DNA of 38,701 nt, taken from an uncultured Clostridia bacterium. GTDB lineage: Bacteria; Bacillota; Dehalobacteriia; UBA4068; JAAVYR01. The notes beneath the pieces were generated by a model. That model saw nothing but the letters and a program-made list of their open reading frames with translations. It did not search any database and was not told the origin of the DNA. Both the position numbers and the translations under genes were made by a program. Positions 15,261-24,913 of the stretch are shown in pieces (position 1 is the first letter of the stretch; each line of letters starts with the position of its first letter). The stretch lies in NCBI GenBank assembly GCA_946562005.1, contig CAMNVD010000002.1:1-38701 (forward strand), read 5' to 3'.

Positions 15261-18200
15261 TTATTCTTTGTTTTCTACATATTCTCTAAGGTAGTCAAAT
15301 ACTTTACCCGGTATTTCTGTATTTGCAATCACATTAATATTTATTTTTACTTCAGAGGAAAAGAAGTTATCAGAAATCGAATTTAAATATTTCTTTAATG
15401 CCGCAAATTCTTTTAGCAGGTATCCATTTTTTATAGTAAACCATTTACAAAGAAACATGCATTCGTGTTCTTCGCAACAACCCTTTTGATCACATGCAAT
15501 AATGATTCTGGGCGTATCTTGTCTATTGATTTCATTTTTGATCGTTGATACATATTTACAGTGTCTCTTTTTAACTGTAGTTGTTTGAGACATTAATACA
15601 TTTACGGTTAATTCTAAATTTTCAACGATTGATCCTTGACGCAAAGAGCTTTCTGTTTCGCTTGTATTATTCGTGGGGTTATAATTTACTGAAATTTGAC
15701 AACTATCTGTAATTAAATGGGATATCCAGTGAAATCGTGATATCTCGTTTAGATTGGCAAGGTTATGATTTAAAATTATATTTGAAATGCGATATCTGTT
15801 CATATCAGCTAAGTCACTAAGTCTCAAGATAATTTTAATAAATTTTTCATTTATTAATGATTCTTGTCCAATCGATTTAACAGTGTAAATATCAGATGTA
15901 TCATAACCGTGGGCTTCAGAAACTCTAGCAATAAACTCTCGCATTTCTGGATTAAGAAAACAAAGTTCTGGAAATTTTCTGATTTCTTTCCCGCTATTTA
16001 TTGCATGATTGTTTCTTATATCATTTTCAAAAAAACCATCAATTTTTTCATATGCGTTATACAGTGCATGCAGTTTGTTTTCTGTTTTGTTAGAGTCAAG
16101 TTGTAATTTTAAATCTGTATAGATTTGTTTTGCTTCTAAACTTTTTCCTGTATAAAATTTATCGGTATGTGGCAATGATACCATAGATATATCATGCAAA
16201 TAACATGCGGCAAATAAAATAAAGTAGTCTTGTTGCTTTAATTTGAAATAAGAAATTGCTCGTATCCATTCAATCGAACGATGAATAAGAGTCACTGCAT
16301 GTTCTTGGTTGTGTAGCGTATAGAAATATAAATGCTTTGATCCATTTTTCCAAGTGTCACAACAGTATTTGTGGGTTAGAATTAGCTGGTCAATTAAATC
16401 TATCTTGCCAACAAATGTTTTGAAAATATGCATTACCTGTAGGAGTGAATAATCTGCCACACTGCAAAATTCATCTTGCGTATAATTAGGATATTTTTTA
16501 ATGAAGTCTTCAAAACTGAACTGAGAATTTCTTAATGCTGATAAAACTCGTATTTGTGCATATTGGATGGGTTGTCGACCTTGTTTTGCAAAAGAGAACT
16601 GATCAGTTAAATCATATTCAAAGATATAGGAAAAGACTGCATTAAGAAGTATTCTAATTAATACATCAGATTTAGCTTGTATATATTTACTACAATCAAA
16701 CAAATATGGGAACATATCTTTAAATAAATTTTCTTTATTTTTCTCAAGTAAGCCTTTGAATTTTTCCCACTTTAGCTCATTTTTTTGTTTGCGGGCACTG
16801 TAAAAATGAGAAAATAATTCGGGGAGGATATCCTCATATAAATCACTGGAATAATAATTCAATTTGTTATCCTGATAACACTCACATGTTTTTTGGAGGT
16901 ATGAATGTTTTGTGTGATTATCGTGAATATGTTCTGCTAAACTTTTTACAGCACTAATTAAATCTTTATTACTAGAGCAATCCTCTGCACAACGTCTGAG
17001 TACAAAATGTATACTTGAAGCTAAAATATCATCTGTGTATTTTTCATGAAAAGATTTAATATAATCAGAACCCTTTCTTAATGTTATGTCCTCAATCACT
17101 TTAGCGGATAGATTTTTAATATCCCCGCTTTCCTGATAGGATAAAATAGTTTCGCGATATTTAAAGAATTTCTGATATCGTAGTAATTTTTCTTTATATG
17201 TTTCTTGATTTTCCAGAGTATTGATGCGTTCCAGTTCATTGGAGATGATTTTAACTATGCTGCGGGTTCGACTAAGTAACATTGGGATTTCGTTTTCTGA
17301 AAAAATGGTATGCATATCAAAATTAATATTAGATGTTTCTCTGCTTAGTCCATGTAGATATATTTCACCACTATTTTCTTTAGCATCTGGGATAGTAGAG
17401 AATGTGCTTTTCAGTTCTTCATGTACTGAAATTCCAAAGTCGTCATCTCGATAAGGGTAATCCTTTGGAAGTTGTAGAGTATAATTATTGGAATTTAATA
17501 GTTGTTTTTCTTTAAGGCAAATATTCTCATTTAACTTTGTAATACAATCTTTAAATTCTGTCTCATTCAGAAAATTATTAAGTCCGTTTGTGAATATGAC
17601 AGAATCATCTACATAGAATACCATTTCTCCGGGAAATATTTTTTCATATTGCTTTTTCACCAGTAGCATGTATAAATTAGCTAGAAAATAGGTATGTGGA
17701 AGTCCTTGAGGAAGTCCTTTTGCATAGTTGCAACAATCGGAAAAAGCGGATTCTTCTTTATTTAGATACCAACTAATTTCTTTTTGGTCGAGTTTGCATA
17801 ATTTAAACACCATCAGTTTTTCTAAAATGGTTTGAACGGTTAAGTCATCTTTCCAAGATAACGGCAGCTTGTTGTAAATTAAACGGTATAAGATTTTGGG
17901 ATTAATTGAAGGGAAAAAGTTTTTTAAATCTAGACTGACTTCATATTTATATTCTTTGGTTTCGCTATATTTTGAAAGGAATTCATTTGCTGTTGTGGTG
18001 TATTTTTGATACTGTTCCCGCCAAGGCACAAATAATTGTTTACTGTCATAAGAAACGATATTTCCATAAAAATTTGAAGGAAGTTGCCTGCTTAGTTCCG
18101 ATGGCAGGAGTTTTTCCTTTTGATTGAAATCGTATACTAAAACCTGTAACATCGCAATCATTGCAATTTGATCAATTAGTGAGGCGGTGTGTAAGGGGCG

Positions 18201-18485
18201 GAATATTGTTTTGCCTTCTTGATATTTTTTTGGCTTAAAATATACAGTTATTTGAAAAAAATCAGTTTTATCATCCAAGATTTGGCATAGCCGTTTACGT
18301 ATTTTTTTAATATTTTCTTCGATATTTTTTGTATTAAAAATTCGTTTCAATTTTGTTAGTTCTTCTTGATCATCTTGTGATAATAAATCCCTATTTTGGA
18401 CATAGGAATTAACTAAGTAAATTGCAAGAAATATATTTTGATCAGAAAGAAGCTGTTCTCTGATTTCTAGCTTTTGCATACTCAT
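15261..18485 (-). CDS. Reverse transcriptase fused to a helical middle region and a C-terminal HD-domain phosphohydrolase/nuclease (~1074 aa)
   Basis: RT motifs: FRPLHTASLIDQIAM (motifs 1/2), SLDLKNFFPSI (A), GLPQGLPHTYFLANLYM (B) and FYVDDSVIF (C; YVDD = nt 17615-17604). HD motifs: NQEHAV, CYLHDIS (HD = nt 16196-16191), NNHAINSG, SEAHG and LRLSDLADMN. The ATG at 18485 behind a GGAG SD is preferred over the TTG at 18503. Confidence 0.85.
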   Translation of the reverse strand: MSMQKLEIREQLLSDQNIFLAIYLVNSYVQNRDLLSQDDQEELTKLKRIFNTKNIEENIKKIRKRLCQILDDKTDFFQITVYFKPKKYQEGKTIFRPLHTASLIDQIAMIAMLQVLVYDFNQKEKLLPSELSRQLPSNFYGNIVSYDSKQLFVPWREQYQKYTTTANEFLSKYSETKEYKYEVSLDLKNFFPSINPKILYRLIYNKLPLSWKDDLTVQTILEKLMVFKLCKLDQKEISWYLNKEESAFSDCCNYAKGLPQGLPHTYFLANLYMLLVKKQYEKIFPGEMVFYVDDSVIFTNGLNNFLNETEFKDCITKLNENICLKEKQLLNSNNYTLQLPKDYPYRDDDFGISVHEELKSTFSTIPDAKENSGEIYLHGLSRETSNINFDMHTIFSENEIPMLLSRTRSIVKIISNELERINTLENQETYKEKLLRYQKFFKYRETILSYQESGDIKNLSAKVIEDITLRKGSDYIKSFHEKYTDDILASSIHFVLRRCAEDCSSNKDLISAVKSLAEHIHDNHTKHSYLQKTCECYQDNKLNYYSSDLYEDILPELFSHFYSARKQKNELKWEKFKGLLEKNKENLFKDMFPYLFDCSKYIQAKSDVLIRILLNAVFSYIFEYDLTDQFSFAKQGRQPIQYAQIRVLSALRNSQFSFEDFIKKYPNYTQDEFCSVADYSLLQVMHIFKTFVGKIDLIDQLILTHKYCCDTWKNGSKHLYFYTLHNQEHAVTLIHRSIEWIRAISYFKLKQQDYFILFAACYLHDISMVSLPHTDKFYTGKSLEAKQIYTDLKLQLDSNKTENKLHALYNAYEKIDGFFENDIRNNHAINSGKEIRKFPELCFLNPEMREFIARVSEAHGYDTSDIYTVKSIGQESLINEKFIKIILRLSDLADMNRYRISNIILNHNLANLNEISRFHWISHLITDSCQISVNYNPTNNTSETESSLRQGSIVENLELTVNVLMSQTTTVKKRHCKYVSTIKNEINRQDTPRIIIACDQKGCCEEHECMFLCKWFTIKNGYLLKEFAALKKYLNSISDNFFSSEVKININVIANTEIPGKVFDYLREYVENKE

Positions 18486-18506
18486 TTTTCTTCTCCTGTT
18501 CAATTT

Positions 18507-19010
18507 TTATATTTGTAATAGCTGTTTTATTATCGCTATCAGATCTTCGTCGTTGATAGAATCAAAAATATTAAATTCCTGTTCTCCGTATCGAAGCGTG
18601 ATGATATTATTTGCTTCTTTGTCAGCATCTGTTTTAATTTTTGCATCTTTTGATAAATGGCATTCGTTATCTGTTAGGTTCATTTCCCAAAAGTTATTGA
18701 GTATGATTACTGGGGGTGTCATATCGTTTTTTCTTTCCATTCGTTCAGAAAATTGGGAAAGCGTCTTTTTGAATTTTGTTACAAATTCAATTAAAACCTT
18801 CCTTTTTTTTGTGCACTCATCGAAAAAATCTTGAAAGTCCTGGTTTTTTTGAACCAAAAAACTAGGAGTATAGTGATAGGCGGGGTCCATTTTATATAAA
18901 TAGTATGAGAATAATTCAATATAATCTGCTATTTCGTTATTATGTTTCTGGAAGTTATTGTCTGTAGAAAAAAGTTTTTCTAGAATATTTAAATCGGATT
19001 GCTTTGTCAT
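18507..19010 (-). CDS. 167-aa hypothetical protein, first gene of the RT operon
   Basis: ATG at 19010 sits behind GGAGACAAA. The ORF-track TTG at 19058 overlaps the promoter -10 and is rejected. The stop lies 21 nt before the RT ATG. I recognise no motif. Confidence 0.6.
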   Translation of the reverse strand: MTKQSDLNILEKLFSTDNNFQKHNNEIADYIELFSYYLYKMDPAYHYTPSFLVQKNQDFQDFFDECTKKRKVLIEFVTKFKKTLSQFSERMERKNDMTPPVIILNNFWEMNLTDNECHLSKDAKIKTDADKEANNIITLRYGEQEFNIFDSINDEDLIAIIKQLLQI

Positions 19011-19057
19011 TTTGTCTCCATTTTCTATAGTTGTAACATTAAATAGCTTTTGAAACA

Positions 19058-19087
19058 ATCATACCAAAAGGATAGCTGTTATTTCAA
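19058..19087 (-). promoter_or_regulatory. Sigma-A type promoter of the RT operon
   Basis: On the minus strand: TTGAAA (19087-19082), an 18-nt spacer, then an extended -10 TGgTATGAT (TATGAT = 19063-19058). Confidence 0.5.
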
Positions 19088-19143
19088 TAATAAATCGACT
19101 TATTTTTTTATAAAGAGAGGATTGAAAATACTTTGGAAAATTC

Positions 19144-19161
19144 CAGATGTATATACATCTG
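19144..19161. promoter_or_regulatory. Perfect 18-bp palindrome, candidate operator
   Basis: CAGATGTATATACATCTG lies about 57 bp upstream of the RT-operon -35. It sits between that promoter and the terminator of the XRE operon. Confidence 0.4.
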
Positions 19162-19242
19162 CTGTGCTTGCTACTTTTAAATTTAGCTAATTTTAGAGCT
19201 ATGATTAGGTAGTAACGATAAACTTTAGTGTTTTCTACATAA

Positions 19243-19280
19243 TAAAAAGACTCACACTTTTACGGTGTGGGTCTTTTTAT
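19243..19280 (-). terminator. Hairpin terminator after the XRE/heptad-protein operon (A/T runs on both sides)
   Basis: agactcacac / gtgtgggtct stem (one wobble) flanked by aaaaa and ttttt. Confidence 0.65.
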
Positions 19281-19284
19281 TTCT

Positions 19285-19794
19285 TTATGCCCTTTTCAGG
19301 GAAACAACATGTTGTTCTAGCTTATCTATTTGCTGGTCGTGTTTGTCCAAGCGAGGCAATATATCTTCTACGATTTTTTCATGGTCTCGGGTGTCAGCGT
19401 CAAAGAGCACGTCTAGTTTCTTACCATGTTCAACTTCCATACGAGCCACAATTTGACGAGTGGATTGAACATCTTCCTTGACTTCTTTCATATCTGCATT
19501 TAATCCGGTAACATCATTCTTTAAACCAACGATATCTTCTTTTACTTCGCTCATATTCGTTTTTAAAGAAGTAACATCATTCTTCAAACCAACAATATCC
19601 TCTTTTACTTCACTCATATCTGTTTTTAAAGAAGTAACATCTGATTTTAAATCGGTAACATCCTCTTTTAAAGAACTAACATCTTTCTTTACACCGGACA
19701 AGTCTTTTCTCATATCAGCGATATTTTGTTCCATTTTATCAAAGCGCTCATCCATCTTGTTTAATAATTGCGCCAACATCTCTTCCTGGTTCAT
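19285..19794 (-). CDS. Heptad-repeat coiled-coil protein (169 aa)
   Basis: About 12 consecutive heptads of the D[VIM]xxLK type: KDLSGVK KDVSSLK EDVTDLK SDVTSLK TDMSEVK EDIVGLK NDVTSLK ... Its start is coupled to the upstream stop (TAATG overlap at 19794). Confidence 0.7.
   Translation of the reverse strand: MNQEEMLAQLLNKMDERFDKMEQNIADMRKDLSGVKKDVSSLKEDVTDLKSDVTSLKTDMSEVKEDIVGLKNDVTSLKTNMSEVKEDIVGLKNDVTGLNADMKEVKEDVQSTRQIVARMEVEHGKKLDVLFDADTRDHEKIVEDILPRLDKHDQQIDKLEQHVVSLKRA
19508..19633. repeat. Two tandem 63-bp repeats (~90 percent identical by eye) inside the coiled-coil gene
   Basis: Units 19508-19570 and 19571-19633 both read gtaacatcattcttYaaaccaacRatatcYtcttttacttcRctcatatYYgtttttaaagaa. 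Degenerate 21-bp units continue on either side. Confidence 0.8.
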
Positions 19795-20168
19795 TAGAAT
19801 TCCTCCTCGTCTATCTCATCTATGCGGTTAAGCAGCGTGCTTTGCAAATAGGTATCTATCAAGTCAGCTAATACTGCAATATGATTTTCTGGTAGGTCTG
19901 CCATCTTGGCGTTGATTTCTTGTAGTACCAGAGCGTAATCAGCGTAGAGGCTGTCCATCAGCAGGGCGTCTGCCGGTATATTTAATGTTTCTAACAACTT
20001 CATAAAATTAGATAATGTCGGCACTCGTTTGCCGTTTTCCAGTAAAACAATAGTGGTGCTAGTAAGACCTGCCAGTGCTGCTAAATCTTTTACCAGTAAC
20101 CCTCGTTTTACTCGTTCTGCCTTTAATCGTTCTCCAAATGCTTTGGTATCAAAATAGTTTTTTGCCAT
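19794..20168 (-). CDS. XRE-family HTH transcriptional regulator (124 aa)
   Basis: FGERLKAERVKRGLLVKDLAALAGLTSTTIVLLENGKRVPTLSNFMKLLETL is an HTH_3 motif. Confidence 0.8.
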   Translation of the reverse strand: MAKNYFDTKAFGERLKAERVKRGLLVKDLAALAGLTSTTIVLLENGKRVPTLSNFMKLLETLNIPADALLMDSLYADYALVLQEINAKMADLPENHIAVLADLIDTYLQSTLLNRIDEIDEEEF

Positions 20169-20180
20169 AATACTTTTCTC

Positions 20181-20522
20181 CTAATCCTGTTTCGCTACAT
20201 TGCTAATGTAGGTGGAGATAATATCAGATAGATTTTTCAACTCATTAGGCGTTAATTTATGGATATCTGTCTGGAAGGGCTTTAAGGCATTTATGTATTC
20301 TTGTTCTTCAGGTATGTCGCTGCCTAGCAATATGCTATTGGCGTTTACTTTGAAAATATTTAAGAATTTAATCAAAGTTACCAGACCGATTTTTACCCTG
20401 CCCTGCTCAATGCCGTACCAATAATTGTCGTTTATGTTCAATTCTTCGCATAATTGTGCGATTGTCATTTGGTTCTTTTTTCTGGTTTCTTTTATTCTTT
20501 GACCAATGGCGACCATATCCAT
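20181..20522 (-). CDS. XRE-family HTH transcriptional regulator (113 aa)
   Basis: IGQRIKETRKKNQMTIAQLCEELNINDNYWYGIEQGRVKIGLVTLIKFLN is an HTH_3 motif. Confidence 0.8.
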   Translation of the reverse strand: MDMVAIGQRIKETRKKNQMTIAQLCEELNINDNYWYGIEQGRVKIGLVTLIKFLNIFKVNANSILLGSDIPEEQEYINALKPFQTDIHKLTPNELKNLSDIISTYISNVAKQD

Positions 20523-20704
20523 GATTTTTATTACCGCCTCTATAGTTAATTCACTTATAGTCTACTTGCTGTGAGAAAAATGTATAATGAAGTAATTATT
20601 TATTGCATTAACTATAGATGAGAAAAGCATTGATAATTTTTTATATATCTGATATATTTATGGTAGTAAATTTGTTTTGGGGAAAATTTTGGAGTGTGAA
20701 TTTC

Positions 20705-21103
20705 ATGGAAGAATTAGTTGTCAGCGAAACAGCAGGAAGATGCATTGCTAATCTTGCGGAATTGATAAAGCAGGAGAACCGTAGCGTTGGAGAGGCTCGG
20801 GATTTGGTTGAGGAACATCAACGGCTTTGGCGAAAAATTAGGGAAGTGCTTGGCTCTGATGTAATGTTGCTAGAGTATGCAGCTTTTACTGATACAGAAA
20901 TTTCCTTCTTTGACCTGAACAAAGCATATTTGGCAGGAAGGTTAGCAAAGCTGGATAGTGTTGCAAAAGAAGAAGCCTATGTTATGCATATTGAAGATAT
21001 TAAAAAAGGCGAAACATATAACGAGGCTAGAGTGGCATTAAATAGTGTGTTTGAACGAATTTTACCGCTTTTGCATACCGAAATACTCAAGGATGATATG
21101 TAG
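20705..21103 (+). CDS. Hypothetical protein (132 aa), divergent from the XRE operon
   Basis: The ATG at 20705 behind GGAGTG is preferred over the ORF-track start at 20618. The product looks helical and acidic, with no recognisable motif. Confidence 0.5.
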   Translation: MEELVVSETAGRCIANLAELIKQENRSVGEARDLVEEHQRLWRKIREVLGSDVMLLEYAAFTDTEISFFDLNKAYLAGRLAKLDSVAKEEAYVMHIEDIKKGETYNEARVALNSVFERILPLLHTEILKDDM

Positions 21104-21500
21104 TCTTGATGTGCTCCATAACATGATTTATGGGGCTATCAAACGGAAGTTGTATATCTTTTTCAACCTTGGTTTTGACTGCTGTATTGTGGAGCCGGAA
21201 GAGATTGGATTGGTGAATAGACTGTAGTCGTTGCTGTGTAACAATCCCAGCTAGAGAGGTTTTAAAGTAACGAGTAAAGGGTTAGGTATTACCTAGCCCT
21301 TTTTTGATGTTTTTATACCTTCTCTAACTGGGATGTTTGATGTTGAAATTGCCTTTACAGGCTCAGTTTTTATGGTTGTTTTGAGAAAGCAAAGATTTTA
21401 TCTCAAAATTTAGAGAGGACTTGTCCTATTTTTTCTTTTTGGGGTTTTAAATAGTGGGTGGATTATGTTTTTTCCTGCAAGTTTTAGATTGAAATTTGTT

Positions 21501-21860
21501 TCAATCTATCCGGTTCGGTTCGCCAAACCGTTGAAAGTGTACTACTTCTCTTTCCCGTAAATAGCGAATGACTTTGTTCACATCTGGATCATCAGAAACC
21601 CGCAAAATATTTTCATAGGTGACACGGGCTTTCTGTTCTGCAGCTAAATCCTCTACTAAATCAGCAATAGGGTCGCCTTTTACAGCGATGGCCATGGCAT
21701 CAAATGCTTGACCTGCAGCGGCGGCAGGATATACGCCTTTGCCGTGGTCGATATAATAGGGCGCAAGTGGGGTCCCTTCTATATCAGAATCTTTCAAGTT
21801 TTTGGTTAATTGGTGAACAATAGTACCGACCATCTCCAGGTGGGCCAGTTCTTCTGTACC
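21501..21860 (-). CDS. cotJC: cotJC 3' segment (manganese-catalase-like spore coat protein, C-terminal ~119 codons; split gene)
   Basis: The frame reads GTEELAHLEMVGTIVHQLTKN...KGDPIADLVEDLAAEQKARVTYENILRVSDDPDVNKVIRYLREREVVHFQRF. This aligns with the B. subtilis CotJC blocks I recall (IGTEEFAHLEMI...KGDPIADL...EEKAR...FLREREIVH). No start codon or N-terminus is present upstream. Confidence 0.85.
   Translation of the reverse strand, partial: GTEELAHLEMVGTIVHQLTKNLKDSDIEGTPLAPYYIDHGKGVYPAAAAGQAFDAMAIAVKGDPIADLVEDLAAEQKARVTYENILRVSDDPDVNKVIRYLREREVVHFQRFGEPNRID
21852..21860. repeat. Left copy of the 9-bp core TTCTGTACC (candidate att core)
   Basis: Identical to 26479-26487. On the coding strand it reads GGT ACA GAA (G-T-E) in the cotJC frame at both copies. 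Confidence 0.7.
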
Positions 21861-22054
21861 TATAGAAATGGCAAAATGGGCAACGACCGCTTTCTGCCGG
21901 CAGTTGGAAAATTTGTCTTGTTTTTAGGGTCAATCCCTCGCACCTTGGGGACAAACTTTTCATATAATACATTGATGAAGAAAACTAGCGCTATTTCTCT
22001 TTCATCTCTATTTATCTTCCCGTTCCGGATAATAATTTGATTGGAGGGAAAGGA

Positions 22055-24576
<2,522 letters not shown>

Positions 24577-24616
24577 ATCTTAAATAAATGAAGATTTCCT
24601 TGGCTTAACATAGAAA

Positions 24617-24659
24617 ATGCAGGCTGCTCTATCTACGGAGTAGCCTGCATTTTTATTTT
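24617..24659 (+). terminator. Rho-independent terminator after the collagen-like genes
   Basis: atgcaggctgctc / gagtagcctgcat stem (one mismatch) followed by a T-run. Confidence 0.75.
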
Positions 24660-24724
24660 GGACATAGAAAACCGTCTTCTTCATAGAATAAAAGCAGAAC
24701 CATAAGAAATATGAGGCGATTTTT

Positions 24725-24913
24725 ATGTTCACCTTTATTCAATTGCAAACACAGCCGGCGAGGGAACTGTTTTTCTATAAAGAAAACGGAACCTTTTGCG
24801 CCTTGGTCGAGAAGGCGCTGCTATTATCTTTATATGAGAGAAAGTTAATATCCACAGAAGTATACCAACAATGTCTCTATTTAAAAGGAAAGGAATGGGG
24901 CGATTTTGATTAA
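24725..24913 (+). CDS. 62-aa hypothetical protein overlapping the recombinase start (candidate accessory factor)
   Basis: ORF MFTFIQLQTQPARELFFYKENGTFCALVEKALLLSLYERKLISTEVYQQCLYLKGKEWGDFD. It overlaps the recombinase start by 8 nt. Confidence 0.45.
   Translation: MFTFIQLQTQPARELFFYKENGTFCALVEKALLLSLYERKLISTEVYQQCLYLKGKEWGDFD

Larger units (their letters stand above)
13046..21493. mobile_element. Putative ~8.4-kb serine-recombinase island between tRNA-Thr and the 3' end of cotJC (boundaries tentative)
   Basis: The region is visibly more AT-rich than its flanks. The recombinase gene sits at the extreme left end, with its stop 35 bp from a 9-bp direct repeat TAGATTGAA (13037-13045 and 21485-21493). 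That geometry matches the second recombinase element at 26447/26479. Confidence 0.35.

Noticed and set aside
15241-15262. Plus-strand AGGAGG at 15254-15259, which looks like a ribosome-binding site
   Set aside because: No ATG, GTG or usable TTG-initiated ORF of meaningful length follows. It lies at the stop codon of the minus-strand RT gene.
15261-18485. Interpretation of the RT as a retron or group II intron RT
   Set aside because: The protein is about three times larger than retron RTs. I see no maturase/X or En domain and no flanking intron RNA domains (no domain V-like hairpin). There is no inverted-repeat msr/msd-like structure upstream, where the 5' UTR is only ~45 nt.
18486-18503. N-terminal extensions from alternative start codons in the ORF track: RT at 18503, partner at 19058, recombinase 1 at 14633, trxA at 11423, MscS at 33112, DUF951 at 33965, MATE at 3241 and YybS-2 at 36920
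   Set aside because: Each has a downstream ATG or GTG with a properly spaced SD that gives a family-typical N-terminus. The 19058 TTG overlaps the operon's own -10 element.
21487-21510. Perfect 10-bp-stem hairpin TAGATTGAAA-tttg-TTTCAATCTA overlapping the cotJC stop codon, considered as the cotJC terminator
   Set aside because: No T-run follows on the cotJC (minus) strand, so it is not a canonical intrinsic terminator. It is kept only as context for the tentative island boundary.
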